Source of the DNA: Macrostomum lignano | Lineage: Eukaryota | NCBI GenBank assembly: GCA_002269645.1 | Contig: NIVC01000038.1 | Coordinates: forward strand, 1,054,001-1,118,000 | Length of the DNA stretch: 64,000 bases | Reading direction: 5' to 3' | Part shown: one piece after another, positions 24,525 through 37,626 of the stretch | How the letters are laid out: each line of letters begins with the position of its first letter | Position numbering within the stretch: the first letter of the stretch is position 1 | Notes under the pieces: model-generated | What the model saw: the letters and a program-made list of their open reading frames with translations, nothing else | Databases searched by the model: none | What the model was told of the DNA's origin: nothing | Made by a program: the position numbers and the translations under genes

Positions 24525-26241
24525 ATGTCAAGTAGGTCTACTAGTAGAAAAAGACCACGAGTTGAAGAAACATCAAGCTCTGCTGAAACTGAAACTGAAA
24601 GCGATAGCGAAAGCTTAGACTCCACTGTTTCTAATTCTAAATCTAACGTTAGTTCAAATCTTGAAGCTGGAGCTGATTCTGAACAGGCTGAAGTTGCTGA
24701 AGTTGCTATTGCTAATAGTATTGCTGAAGCAGCTGAAGAGGATAATGATGTAGTTGTGACAGCGATAGGTAAGTTTAAATATTTTTTAAGTTAAAGTTTG
24801 GGAATGGGACCTAATGCCTTAACACTAAAAAGCCTAAGTGTTGATTATTAATTCATTTTTAATTAGTTAATTGGGTTATTGGGATAATGTATTAATGTGA
24901 AAATTTGAAGTCTACCTACTCTACTAAATACTAATACTATTATACTAAGTACTAATCTATCTTAGCTTAAGTTAAGTCTAACACTTATGACTTATATGAC
25001 ATTATGAGTGATGAGTCTAAGTCTAGTCTAGAAAGAATCTTAAGTTAAGTATAAAAATAATCTCTAATAAAAATCTAACTTATGGATTTCTAATTTAATT
25101 TTCAATAAGGAGCTTCAACTTCAACGAGTCAAAAATGTCAAGGTGACAAAGCATCATCAGAACATTCAAAACCAGGTTGGAATTTGAATGCACTTCGACT
25201 TGGACAGTTGTCTTTAGCACCTGCTGCACCTAAGAGCCAAAATGTCCATGGCACTGGCAGTACTGAGAGTGAGAGTGCTAGCACCGTGCGAAATTCAAAG
25301 GACACTCACTACTGCATTTCCTGTCTGGAGGCTGGTGTGGAGCTGAAACACTGTACAATATTTTGCAATGATGCTAGTTCACGTAAACGTCACTTGTCCA
25401 GGTAATTGATTATACCCCATCTATTGACTTTTGCCTGTTAAAATTAAAAGTCAAACTTAGCTACTTGCTAAGATGGTATTAGTAAGACTGAACAGACACA
25501 AACAACAGTACAGTCTATGTTTAAAATTTACATTGAAATATGAAGAAAAAACTTTATATTTGAGCAGGTTAAGTTCATGTTCTTTTTAAGATATCTTACT
25601 GGGTTTTTTAGAATTGTAGTTATTCATTAAGTAAATCATGTCAGAAAACTTTGTAAGTAGCAATACAGCAATACCTTAACTACTTTGTATTATTTTGACA
25701 AACTTTAAAGGAGACACAAGGATGGCCAAATCATGCTGCAGTTTGCACGGCCTGACACTCATGACGTCCGCCGCCTCCTGAGGCAAAGGCAAAGCGAGAC
25801 AGCGAGCGCAACACCAGCTGATGCAGGGCTGCCGCAGCAGACAGCGAGTGTAATACCAGCTGATGCAGGGCTGCTGCAGCAGATGGCGACACAAGCCGAC
25901 GGGACTCGATTGCAGCAGTCAGCAGCAACTGCATCAACATCCGGGTGCCGACAGCAGTTGCCCCAAACGGGTTCCCGTTTCTTGGAACAGCAGAATCTGC
26001 ACATCTCGCTAGGGAGTTTGGACATGAGCTTCGCTGCTCCCATTTCAACACCCGCAGTATCTAATGGTCGAGTAACACAATCGGCGCCAGCTTGCAACTG
26101 TAATTGTTGTGACCATTTAAAGTCCGAAGGCAAGGCCGAACAAAATATTGATAAACTGCTACAGTTATTCACTAACTTTACTGTCTCGCAAGCTACACTC
26201 CAAGGCCAGTCTAGCGATTCACGGCAACGGGCAACCCCGAT
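24525..26241 (+). pseudogene. N-terminal exons of an intron-containing hAT-like transposase (element A)
   Basis: Exons 24525-24768, 25110-25401 and 25711-26241 splice in phase. YCISC...RKRHLSRRH zinc finger is homologous to 33290-33460. Cut by an LTR at 26242. Confidence 0.6.
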
Positions 26242-27111
26242 TGTGACGTTGCCAGTTTAAAGTGGTCCCGCAAAAGGGCCGTTGGACTGCAGTTCCTCTA
26301 CAATTTCTCATTTTAATTTCTCCAATCGTTTATTTTAACGTTTACTTGTAGTAGTGCCCAACGAATCTGTGTCTATCGCTAAATCACTGCGTACTTTGCA
26401 ATCCTTGCATGCGACCGTAGAAAACTTGCACGATCGATAATTTTAAGTTCTTTAACCAGCCAATGAGAACTCCACTCGTGTTTTATGCTAACCCTTCTGC
26501 GCTCCTTTATTAACCCCCGCCTGGCGGCGGCCTGGGGGGTTTTTCACTTCTGCCCTTCGCTGCCCTTCCTTCGCGGCTCTTGTTTTCCTTCTCTCTCCTG
26601 GCTGCCTCGAGCCTCCTTATCTCTCGCCACGGCTCCTCTGTCTGGGCCAGCCTGTTTACACACTGTTACTTCACTGTGTACCGCCACGGCTAACGCCAAT
26701 CTCGCCACTACTTATCTACCTGTCTACTTGCTACTCACTGCCTCCACTGTGCTCATCGCCATCACTAACCGGTTAGCAGGCAGATAAGTAGTGGCTTATA
26801 ACCACGTTGCGTCGCGATTGTATCCTTCGTCTGCCACTTGACTTCATATTCTAATCACCTTCAAAACCATCGTTGCAGCCACCAGTGCCCAGAACGCTAT
26901 AAGTTTATATTGACATTATCCAGTTCTAATGTTGATCTCGACAATAAATTAGCTACGGCAGTTTCCTGCCTTTATACGCCAAGTGCTCCGCTACAAAATC
27001 CGCTTTGCAAGAATTAAACTTCGATTCATTTTGGGACTACAACGACTTACAACAACTTTCGTCAAAACGGCCCTTTTAAGGGTCATAGTCACTACATTCA
27101 ATAACGTGACA
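26242..27111 (+). mobile_element. Gypsy 5' LTR, 870 bp
   Basis: Ends TGTGACGTT...AACGTGACA (8 of 9 inverted match); followed by a PBS and gag. Confidence 0.8.
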
Positions 27112-27117
27112 TAATTT

Positions 27118-27134
27118 TGGAGGTCCCACCGAGA
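27118..27134 (+). promoter_or_regulatory. primer binding site, tRNA-Gln(UUG)
   Basis: TGGAGGTCCCACCGAGA is a 17-nt complement of the tRNA-Gln 3' end. Confidence 0.85.
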
Positions 27135-27440
27135 CTTCTGCTCAGCACTGCCGGCTCGCAACTAAGTCAGTACCACCAAGACTTCTGCTCAGCCCTGCCA
27201 GCTCGTAATCAGTGCCATCAAGACGTCTGCTCAGCCCTGCCAGCTCGCAACCAAGTACCAGCGAGATTCTGCTCAGCTCTGCCGGCCCGGGACTGAGTGC
27301 CGGCCTGCCTCGTCTGCGTTTCGGTCCGCAAGGCTTACAAGAGCCTGTGCCACGTCTCTGAGGGTCGGTCCGCAAGGCCTGAGTGCCTGTGCCACGTCTC
27401 TGAGGGTCGGTCCGCAAGGCCTGGGTGCCTGTGCCACGTC
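27130..27440 (+). repeat. leader tandem repeats (about 45-50-bp units, then 42-bp units)
   Basis: CTGCTCAGC.CTGCC.GC x4; GCCTGTGCCACGTCTCTGAGGGTCGGTCCGCAAGGC x2.5. Confidence 0.8.
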
Positions 27441-27804
27441 AGGCCCAGGGGTCTTGATCGTCACCGGTCGTCGCTGGTCGTCGCCCTGAGCAACGCGCGC
27501 TGTCAACTGCGTTGAGCTCGAGCTTACGCTCTGCCAAGATAGCTCCGCTGCGTGTGCCAAGCCACGCCAGGTTACGCCGTGCGCTGATTGTTTGTAGGGA
27601 CTATTGCCTGACAGTTAGTCCGGGTGGTTTGCGTGATAGGACTTTCCCCTATACTAGGCTTTTTGTGGTTTGCCCCTGTCAGGCACTATTTATTACTAGG
27701 ACGCAATCTCTCTCGCCTCTCTCGCGTCATCAACCTCAATTCGTTTTCTCTGGAGCCTTATTTTCATTCACGCTTGCTTCATTCGTCTCACTCAATCTAG
27801 CACA

Positions 27805-28310
27805 ATGTCCGACAACGGGGACAACCACGCCGCAGCGTCATTGGCTGACGGAGATGCCGTCAGGCCAGGTCAGGACGCAGCCGATGCCGGCGAGCAGCCA
27901 GCAGGCGCAGCTGCTGTCGCCGCGCCAGCTCCCAGTGAGCAACTCTTGCTGACTCAAACCTTAGCCTCTCTTCATCGGATGCTCGAAGAGCGTCTCGCCG
28001 TTTCCTCACCGTCAGCGCCAGATTCCTCGCCGCCTGCGAAGCCAGATATACGCCTTCACCCTCCAATAGCTTATCAGCCGAAGATGAACTTCGATACGTG
28101 GGAAGCTCAGCTTACTTTGTATCTAGCCACTTGCCGCGTTCCTGAGGACCAGAAATCCGCCATTCTCGTCTCTTTACTGTCCACCGAGTGCCAAGAGGTT
28201 TACCTTAACTACCGGTGTGACCGGATGCCTTTCGAGCCCTGCAGCTGCTCAGGGGAAGGTACACCGATGCCAAGAAGAAGGACAAGGCCTACGTAGAATT
28301 AGTTGCTGCT
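27805..28310 (+). pseudogene. gag: Gypsy gag N-terminus, truncated
   Basis: RLHPPIAYQPKMNFDTWEAQLTLYLATCRVPEDQKSAILVSLL, with frameshifted continuation ALQLLRGRYTDA. Confidence 0.7.
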
Positions 28311-28544
28311 GCCCAATCTCATAATCTCACAACTCTTCTACAGCTCCAGAAATCAGCATCAACTCGAGCTAAGCTGATGCCGATGCCACCGGATGAGGAT
28401 ACTGGTGAGTTATTATTTCGCCCACCCACATTAGCTAACTCATCCAATCATCCGCTCACTCACACTACACACTCATTTATGATTACTCATTAGTAGCCAC
28501 AAAATCATTTCAACACACTCATTCTTCCCCAGAACCAGCATTGC

Positions 28545-28710
28545 CAGAGCCAGAGTCACAACCAGCGGCGTCAGAGCCAGGGACAGCAGAGCCAGAGTTA
28601 CAACCAGCGGCGTCAGAGCCAGGGACAGCAGAGCCAGAGTTACAACCAGCGGCGTCAGAGCCAGGGACAGCAGAGCCAGAGTCACAACCAGCGGCGTCAG
28701 AGCCAGGGAC
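28545..28710 (+). repeat. 42-bp coding repeat (EPESQPAASEPGTA x4)
   Basis: Four near-identical units. Confidence 0.9.
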
Positions 28711-29839
28711 AACAGAGTCATTAGAGTTAATCGAGCTCGAGCCAACGACTATCTCAAAGGGGTCTGTGGCAGTTGATGCGGCGGCCTCAGCTGCAATGCC
28801 AACACTCCTAGATGTAGAGTCAGCGTCAGAAGGGTACCCACAGTTCCTTAATTTTGGTCAAGGCCCAATCAAGAAGCTGGGAGAAAAAGTGCAGGCATGC
28901 ATCGGTCACAATCTGAGCAGTCCTGATGGCCTCGCCTTTTTGATGCTGACCGTCCTGCGGGCGTCTGGCGGCCTGGAGGCAAAGATGACAGCACAGGCGG
29001 TGGAACTAGTGGCTCTTCGCAATGAAGTGGCGGGTCTGCGCAGTGAAGTTACTCGCCTCTCTGCTGCCTCACTGGATAATGAGCCAGTCGGTCCGCCAAC
29101 AAGTAATTTCTGGCCAATTTCTTCTTGGTCGGATTACATAGTTTGCCTCGTCGCCGGAAGAGTTGCTCGTCGAATTGGTTAGTGACATTCGCCTCGAAAG
29201 AATTAACCAACATTCACTCACCAATTCATTCATTGATCCACCCAATGACTCATTCATTCATCAATCAATCAATCAATTTATTCTTTCACTCATTCACTCA
29301 TCCATGAGTCATGAACCATAACTCAACCCCTTAAGCCCACCATTTACAAAAACGCAGAGGGCAGCGCTGCTTTGCTGTAAATCAGCAAAATGGACCATGA
29401 CCATCAGGGCAATGATGGACTTCGCCTTGGCAGCCGAAATGCAAAGGGCGATCAATTTTAACGGTCGCGAGATGGCAGAAAGAGCTCGCGCTGCTGGCTG
29501 TCCGACATCTCTAACGGACGACATGCTCGTCTTTGAAAAAGCTTTTCTTCGGTGGTTTCAATGTGAGAATAGTTTTGTGATATACTGCGTTTAGAAACTG
29601 CATGCAGTAAAAGTAGCCACTTAAAAAACAATGCTGCCATGATTTAACTTGCAAAAAATTTAAAATGCACCCATTCCAGACGCTATAAACAGCATCTACG
29701 GGGACTTCACCCTCCAGCCACAGATGAGACCAGCCCACGTTCCATCAATGGTGGAAGTGCGGAAAACATGTATGAACATGCTGAAGCATGCCATTGACCG
29801 CGTGACACCTCGATCTCACAAGAAGATAACAACAGCCAC

Positions 29840-30430
29840 AAACAGCCAGCAGCAAACGCCAGGGCGACAGCAACAGCAGCAGGAAGCGCTGGAGCAGCAG
29901 CAGCAAACGCCGGAGCAGCGGCAGCAGCAGCAGCAAACGCCAGAGCAGCGGCAGCAGCAGCAGCAAACGCCGGGGCAGCGGCAGCAGCAGCAAACGCTGG
30001 GGCGGTAGCAGCAGCAGCAAACGCCGGGCCAGCGTCAGCAGCAGCAAACGCCGGGCCAGCGGCAGCAGCAGCAAACGCCGGGCCAGCGGCAGCAGCAGCA
30101 AACGCCGGGCCAGCGGCAGCAGCAGCAAACGCCGGGCCAGCGGCAGCAGCAGCAAACGCTGGGCCAGCGGCAGCAGCAGCAAACGCCGGGCCAGCGGCAG
30201 CAGCAGCAAACGCTAGGCCAGCGGCAGCAGCAGCAAACGCCGGGCCAGCGGCAGCAGCAGCAAACGCCGGGCCAGCGGCAGCAGCAGCAGCAATCGCCGG
30301 GCCAGCGGCAGCGGCAGCAGCAATCGCCGGGCCAGTGGCAGCAGCAGCAGCAATCGCCGGGCCAGCGGCAGCAGCAGCAAATGCTGGGGCGGCAGCAGCG
30401 GCAGAAAACGCCGGGGCAGCGGCAGCAGCA
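29840..30430 (+). repeat. 24/27-bp coding repeat (QTPGQRQQQ)n
   Basis: More than 20 units of CAGCAAACGCCGGGCCAGCGGCAG. Confidence 0.9.
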
Positions 30431-30859
30431 GTGCAGCGTAGCCGCCCTGCTGCCTAGTATCCATAATGCAAGAAGAGCCACTCTTGGCAGGTTTGAAGCG
30501 CTGCCAGACCTCGAACCTTGGGCCAAAAAGATGAAGATCTCAGAGAAGAAGAGTGAATACAGCAGCAGCTCGAGCGAAGACTCACGAACTGATTTTCTAA
30601 CTGAAAATCTAACTGATGATGACCTTGACAGCGATTTTGACTAATCAATACGATTGTTCAATTGCTCACTTGATCACTTATTCACCACGATAGTTTTATG
30701 CATGAAGTTCGGTTTATATATTCTAGGGTTACCAATGTGAAAATTTCGAGGGACAAAATAAAGTAGCTCGTATATTCGAAAAGCAAGAGCAGCTATGAGA
30801 AATGAAAAATATATGAAAAAGTACGTTGGGGCGACCGTACAATTAGTCCGCCTTGCTGA

Positions 30860-31544
30860 CGTCAAGCGGCTGTCAGGCGCACATCGCCCGACGATTGGGG
30901 TGAACTAGGATTTTCCACTGGGCTGACAGTCACGAAGGACGACGACTCCGTCGTCGAGGTCGCGCTAGACGAAGAGGCTGTCTTCAAGTCATTCTACACC
31001 GACACCCCCGTGTACTTCGCGCTTAATTGTGGTAGTACTGGTAAGACTTTATTTCTCTGACATTATGGTGTACATCAGGTAAGCCTACATTAAAAATTAA
31101 CAGTAGAACTACCAAAGAACCTTCTTTGTTTTCCTACACTTAAACAGATTATTTATTCACTCTAGTTATGATTTTAAATGAACCAATTATACTGCAAATG
31201 GGTCTCTTATGAAACACATACTCTGAACAGAGGCCATTGTCAAGTCATTCTACGGAACCATGCGCTCATAGCAAAAGTACGGCGGGCAAGCCAATGAGGC
31301 CCTGCAGTGTCGTACTAAGCTGAAATGTATGCTGCCTCTCCTGGGTAGCAACGCCTGTGAGCGGTTTCTAGACGAGGTGGTGAAATTGTATTTCAGAGGC
31401 GACGTAAAGCGCGGCATCCGCAAGCACCGCGTGCCATACTTCGTCTCAAACCGAGCCACGAACTACATAATCAACAAAGTTGTTGATCGTTGCAAAAATT
31501 TAACATCTCACAGCAACTTTGTCGGCGCAGAGTGTGACCATTAA
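30860..31544 (+). pseudogene. C-terminal exons of hAT-like transposase (element A)
   Basis: VALDEEAVFKSFYTD..GST|intron|EAIVKSFYGTMRS*QKYGGQANEALQCRTKL is homologous to 36480-37028, with the same intron position. Confidence 0.7.
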
Positions 31545-31580
31545 CTGCCTCTACTGACTCTACCCCACAGCCAGGAAGAC

Positions 31581-34500
31581 GGTAGAATCCTTGGAATTTT
31601 CCGGCGCAAATCAGCAATTTGCCGGCGCACGGCGCACACTTCACTGCGCCGCGCGCATGGACTCGGCGCATCGGCGCATGGCTCGGTGCATCGGTGCATG
31701 GCTCGGCGCATGGCGCACAAAGTACGTCAGTGTACGTGACAATATAATAATGAATAATAAAAAAACGTATATTAAATGTCAATCAATCAATAAAATAAAC
31801 GATAGTCGTTATTTCCAGTGTTGTTTCTACTTCAAATTTCATTAATCGTAGCTTTTAACGATTGCAAAGCAACGAGCAATGGAGCAAGTTGGAGAATCTT
31901 CAGTTCAGTTCAGTATGAGTAAGTCAAGGTCAAGTCACTCAAGTGACAGTGACAGTGATCGTGATGCAGATTTTGAAGTTGGAGTTACGGGCATGGCTAC
32001 TACCATCAGTAAAAATGCCAAAGGTGAGTCGTCCAACTCCAAGTGGAGTCAAATTCCAAATTTCCAATGATGACTATCAATTATCAATATCGAATATCAT
32101 ATATCATGATATGATATTCATGACTCCAATGACCAATGTTACAATTACAAAGTTACTTAATTACTTACTGTCTGACTGACTCTTAAGTGTTACTGTTATT
32201 GTTAATTTTTACTTTTAGTGTTTACTATTATGACTTATGTGAATGTCTATTATTCGTAATTAAATTAGTTACTTATAAAGTTATTATTTTATCACTTTAA
32301 TGTTTAGACTTTAGTTGTTAAAAACTCTCACTCTTGCTTGAGTTGTCTTGAATATTGGATAGAAATTTAGAATTGGATAGAATTTATATAATTATATAAG
32401 ATTATATAAGAGTAAGATTAATAGTATTTTAATATAAATATAAGTTAATAACAAATAAAACTGAAGGGCATTTTTTAATTTAAACTAGCAATAGAAGTCA
32501 CTTGTGACTTGTCTTGATAGCCCCATACTCTGATACTTAAGGCCTAGCCTAGGCCTAGGCCTAGGGGTAATTGAAGAATTTTTTTCTGGGAAGCACAGCA
32601 CAGGCTGCATAGCCACTGAGCCACACAGGCCATACATACATACCCATGGCCATGGCCATATGGGCCATATTTTCAATAATTGAAAGGGCATAGCCTATGG
32701 CTATGCGCGGCGCGGCGCGCGGGTAATGTGCCTAGGCAATAGCGGTAGCGACATATTTTTGTAAGAAGGTTTGTTAAAATTCAATTAATTTTGTGTACCT
32801 GTAAGAGTATAGAGACTAAAGAGTGGAGTTAAGTGTAGCGGGCTTCAGCTTAGGCTAAAACTAAGGCTGAAGCCAAAAATCTATTAGAAATTGAAATTTT
32901 TCAAATTTTCAACAAAATTTTCAATAGCAAAAGCAAATCACCATTGTAAATATAATTCTAGGCTACTAGTGCTAAGGCTAGTCTGGCTAGACTACTTAAA
33001 GGCCATTCGGCCATGCCCATAACAATGATAATAGCCCACTGGGGATTTGGATTTGGGGGTCAATAAAACTGGAAGCTCAAAGACTAGTATAAACAATTTA
33101 AGCCATTATTTTATTTTTTAGCTATTCAGAAAGAGGAATGGAGTTTCCTGACTAAGTCTGGTGGTGTGGAAGCACCTGGCACTGGCACTTCTCACAGAAG
33201 CTCTGCAGCAGCAGCAGCATCAAAACGGAAAGGGTCAGCATCAACAAGCACTGCAACTGCTGCAGATACAGAGCCATCAGCAAGATAGCCTCAGATCTTT
33301 TACTGCATAAATTGCCTTCAGAATGACAAAAAAGATCTCGAAAGTACCAATTTGTTCGAGGCAATCCATCCTTCAAAAAGTGACATATCGCAACAATCAT
33401 GACACTGTTGATGCTCACAATGTGAGCTTTGGAACCGCTGACCTTGAAATTGTCCAGAGTCTTCTCATGGCCAGGGAGGAGAAGAGTAAAAGAATTGATT
33501 GGAAGCGATCTCATTCTGCAGCCAATTCTGATGCTGCAGCCAATTCTGCTGATGCTGCTGCCAAATCTGCTGATGCTGCTGCCAATTCTGCTGATGCTGC
33601 AGCCGTTGCTACTGTCACTGATGCTTCCTCTCTCCAGCTGTTTGTTCAGCTGCCACGTTCAGACTTATTATTATCAGGTAAGTCATAGAAGCAGCACATT
33701 AATCTTTTATTGAAAAATGAATTAAGTTAAGTAATTCTTACTGTAGCTATGGCATGATTCACTGATCAAAGAGATATGACCACCTACTTTTCATATTCTC
33801 TAATGTCTATTAAACAGGTGCAGCAGCCGTTTAATCAACGCCAGCTATTTTTGAGCCGCGGCGTTCCACTAGTGCATCTGCTCCACCTGGAGCTGTCAGT
33901 GTTGAACAATTTGAGTCGCTATGTGGTCTAGTAAATAATCAATCGCAGCAAATTTTGCACCTGACTGAAGCCCTAAAAAGTCTTTCTGCTGCTGTAAAGG
34001 CTGGTAGCCATAGTGCAGCTGCTGCTCCTAGTCTTCCAGTTGATGAGTAGTACACTATGATTAAAAGTGCCAAAAATATTGCCAAGTTGCTGGACCATCC
34101 ATTCGTTAGTATGGCATCATGCGGCGTCGACCACATCATTTTCTGTGAACCTTGCTTCGCTAGGTGTCGCAAAGTTCCGAGTCTTCACCTGCCAGTGGAA
34201 TGTTCTATAGAAGAAGCTTTTCTAAACATGTAAGTCAGGTAACATGGCGAAGCAGATGCTGAGATGTAGAACCTAATACAGTAACACTAACACGCTACAA
34301 TATATTGACATAAAATCCTCTATAATTTAACCCTCATAATTATACAGGAACCCTTGAAGAAAGGTTCTCTCAGCACTGGTCTGTTAGTTTTATCAACAAC
34401 CATGCAGCAATACCACAGCAACCATTCGAAATTCTGCCACTTTTGGGCAATTGTCACAGATCACTTTTTGGGTGTTGCCAGCAAGGAACACTCAAACGCT

Positions 34501-37500
34501 GTGAGAGAATTTCATGACGATAAGAAGCGCCAATCAGGCAATGAGAAGGTTTTAAGAATACTACTGCTACCGCTATCTTCATTATACAAATCGGAACCGC
34601 TAATGTGCACTACAAGGACCTTATGTGCCATTTGGATGCATCTGATGCAGCTATCGGCAACATTGGTCACGGCTTGTAAGTTCTTGGTTTCTTGGTTTGT
34701 TTGTAGGCTAACATTAAAATTATTATTAGTAAATTTTTTCAAAACGAAAATTGGAATTCGCATTTCCCACGCTTCTTATTCAGCGCTTACTGCAAAGAAC
34801 TTTGGCATCTTCTTGAGTATTGCGTTGACCGAGATGCCTCTATGTTTCTGCACGAGGTGCTTCCATCCACTGGCCATCCGCCCTTGGTCTGCCTTACCTG
34901 CGACAAAAGCACACCAAGCTGGACCACTAATCAAGCTGCCCTGATTCTTGCTAGAGATTCATCAGGTGGAGCGGTGGCAATTCCAGCTAGCGCACCGCCT
35001 ATTTATGATGACGACATGGATGCCGGAAGGGAAGCCTTAGCCAATCTTCTATTGGAAAGTGTTCAAAAGCTTAACCTTCCGCTGCCAAGCATTGTTGGCT
35101 TTGTTGGAGATGGTCAGTATCATCAAAATGGGCCTTTTGTCGCAACTCTATGCGAGAGACTCGGCTATCATAAAAATGACAACAGCTTACCAGTCTGCTG
35201 GGATGCAGCTCATTTTTTAAATCTCGGCGTTCAGGACATCCGTGACGTCAAGGAAATGGAGTTCTTTAAGCGATTTATAAAGCGAGCTAATGTCTTCCCC
35301 AAAATGTTTGGGCATGGCCATGGCTTTGCTGCTCTCGAAAAAGCAGCCAAAGCTCAGCAGGAGGCGAAGGAAAGTGCGAGGGCAAGGTGCATCTCAGTTT
35401 TTGCTGCACAATGCTTCCTGAGCTCTGCAATGAAGATGTGGGAGGCCGTTGAAGAATCATACGAAGTAAGTTTTTTACTGCTTACAGAAATTAAAGACTG
35501 AAAGGGGGAAATATTAATATTTGAAATAAATACAATCAATTCCTTTCTTTTAAACGTCTAATACAGGCATTATACTCTGCCTTCCGGAAAGAGCATCCGG
35601 AGAGCAACCCAAACAAGAAAATCCAATATTAGCTCTTTGGCTACGACTTCCTGTTCGATTTGCTTGGCCTACTAGACTTGCTGGATCCCGTCTGAAAGCT
35701 ATTGGAGCTTGTTCAAGATCTGGAATAGCCTCATTGGAAGTTGGCGCTTTTATGGCCGAAGGTGGCTAGCTTCTAGAATGCCAAGCTTGAGGCTTTAATG
35801 TCGAGGATTATCCGAGGCTAAAAGCTTGTTACAGATCGCTTCATCCAGGTAGACTCAGACTGGGTGCTAAATCTTATTTTTATTAATTTATAAAAGTTCC
35901 TGTAAGCTAGTCCAAGCAACATATTTTCAATAAATCAAATTCTATCAACAGGTGGTACATTCCACGGTGTGCCCCTACTTGACGGCTGGCTTACGGACAA
36001 TGACGAGAGAGACCAGCGCGTCAACTGGACTGCTCGGGACCTCCGTGACATGGAGCAGGACTTGGTCCGGCTGTCTGCTGCCCTGCTTAAGAGCCTCTCA
36101 TCATATATAGCGAAGGCTGACAAGCACTCCTCTGTGACTGCTAGTGCGATGGTCATGGATGTGGCTAATATTATCCTGTTTCTGACCTCCGCCAACCCCA
36201 AAACTAGCACTGAGGAGTTCACCACCTCTGCTGCCATTCTAAAGTTTGTCAAGCAGGCTGAGAAGCACCAGTCTGCATGTGAGGTCTCAGCTGGCTCGGA
36301 AGTACGTGGCCAACTATGCCAGTGCTATTCACTAGGTATTTTTGTCTGGTGTTGGCCGCGATTCCTGGCTCAAACCCAGCATGAAAGGGCCCATCAAACA
36401 AGTCGCATGCTCAGAGTCGTGTGCTCCAAACGTGCTTTTGCTTCAGTTGCAGCTTGTTGTGACTACTGAGTCCGGATACAAGAGCTCAGTATGGCTGAAC
36501 GAAGCTGCCATGTATAGGTCGCTGTACTCCGATCCAAGGCTTTACAAAGCAGCCGGCCAGGAGGCATGCCACTTGCTAGACTTTGCGCTTCACCTTGGAG
36601 GCACAGGTGAAAGTAATTTTTTTATGCCTTTTATAAAGTATTTTAGTAATTCTTAAAGTATTTTGATGTCCATACGAGTTTCTTTCTGCTTGTAAAGTTT
36701 CTGTATGTAGAAATAGGTTTAAAAATTACGAGCTACATGTACTGTTAGCAATTATAAAATATGACAATAGACAGGAGAAACAACATATATTTTAATTTCA
36801 GAGGCGATAGTCGAAACGTATTACTCAGTAATGCGATCGCAGGAGCAGCAAGGGGGCCAAACTAATGACACTCTAGCGTTACGAACTAAACTAAGCTGGA
36901 TGCTACCCCCCAAAGTAAATACGCAGGAGTGCCGACTGCTTTTGAACGAAGCTGCTAGGCTCTTTTTTGTCGGAGACAGGCAACGCGGTTTTCGGCCTCA
37001 TTGTGGCCCATTTTTCTACGACATTTAGTAGTAGGCAGCAAAAAAGTATCGCGTAAGCAAGGTTGTTGACCGGCACAGCAACTCCATCCCTCGCTGTCCC
37101 TTCATTGGCCGGTATCAGCATCAGCAGCGTCAGTTGGCTGAGGAAGCGGAAGCTGAGGAGCAAAGTGACGAGTCTAGCTAGAGTAGGTTGGTCTATGAGT
37201 TGAATAAAAAAATTACATGATCACACAAAATTTGGTCTCTTTGACCAGTGTGAATAGGTTTTAATACTTATACTCAGTATATGCTTATAATGCTTACACT
37301 ATACTTATACATATGCTTACTACATGTATGTCTGACTATATCATGTACTATGTACTTTTTACTTAACAAATTTGCGCCTTTCGCAGCTTTTGTTGCACCT
37401 TTTTGCTTATATTTTGCAAATAGAAGCCATGATTGAACTGCTTGAACTTGCATTGATATTGATTCAATTTAGATACTTAATACTTGATGTTGCTTTTTCA

Positions 37501-37626
37501 AGTGTATTTTTCTTGGCGCATGGTGCACAAGTAATTTTTTTTCTCGGCGCATGCGGCGCACAACAAAAATTTTGATGGATGTTATTCTGGCGCACACGCT
37601 GCACCTTCCTGACCATGGACTCTACC
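31581..37626 (+). mobile_element. hAT-like DNA transposon (element B), about 6 kb
   Basis: Imperfect 14-bp TIR (GGTAGAATCCTTGG / GGTAGAGTCCATGG) and GGCGCA subterminal repeats at both ends. No clear TSD. Confidence 0.6.
31915..37028 (+). pseudogene. intron-rich DDE transposase of element B (about 7 exons), decayed
   Basis: LTCDKST (D), FVGDGQY (D), CWDAAH (DxxH) and EAIVETYY (E); N-terminal zinc finger; GT-AG introns; many stops. Confidence 0.7.

Larger units (their letters stand above)
28310..30644 (+). pseudogene. multi-exon BEN/DUF4806-like domain gene with coiled coil and Gln-rich repeats
   Basis: Spliced product TIRAMMDFALAAEMQRAINFNGR...KAFLRWFQYAINSI...EVRKTCMNMLKHAIDR (intron 29563-29679, phase 1) fits the BEN-like pattern. 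Upstream coiled coil; internal TAG at 30006. Confidence 0.55.

Noticed and set aside
26257-27090. Kolobok/piggyBac element bounded by TTAA
   Set aside because: TTAA is not symmetric around the inverted repeat; an LTR with PBS and gag explains the region.
29745-30526. Leu-rich and Cys-rich minus-strand ORFs
   Set aside because: Antisense shadows of the CAG-rich QTPGQR repeat.
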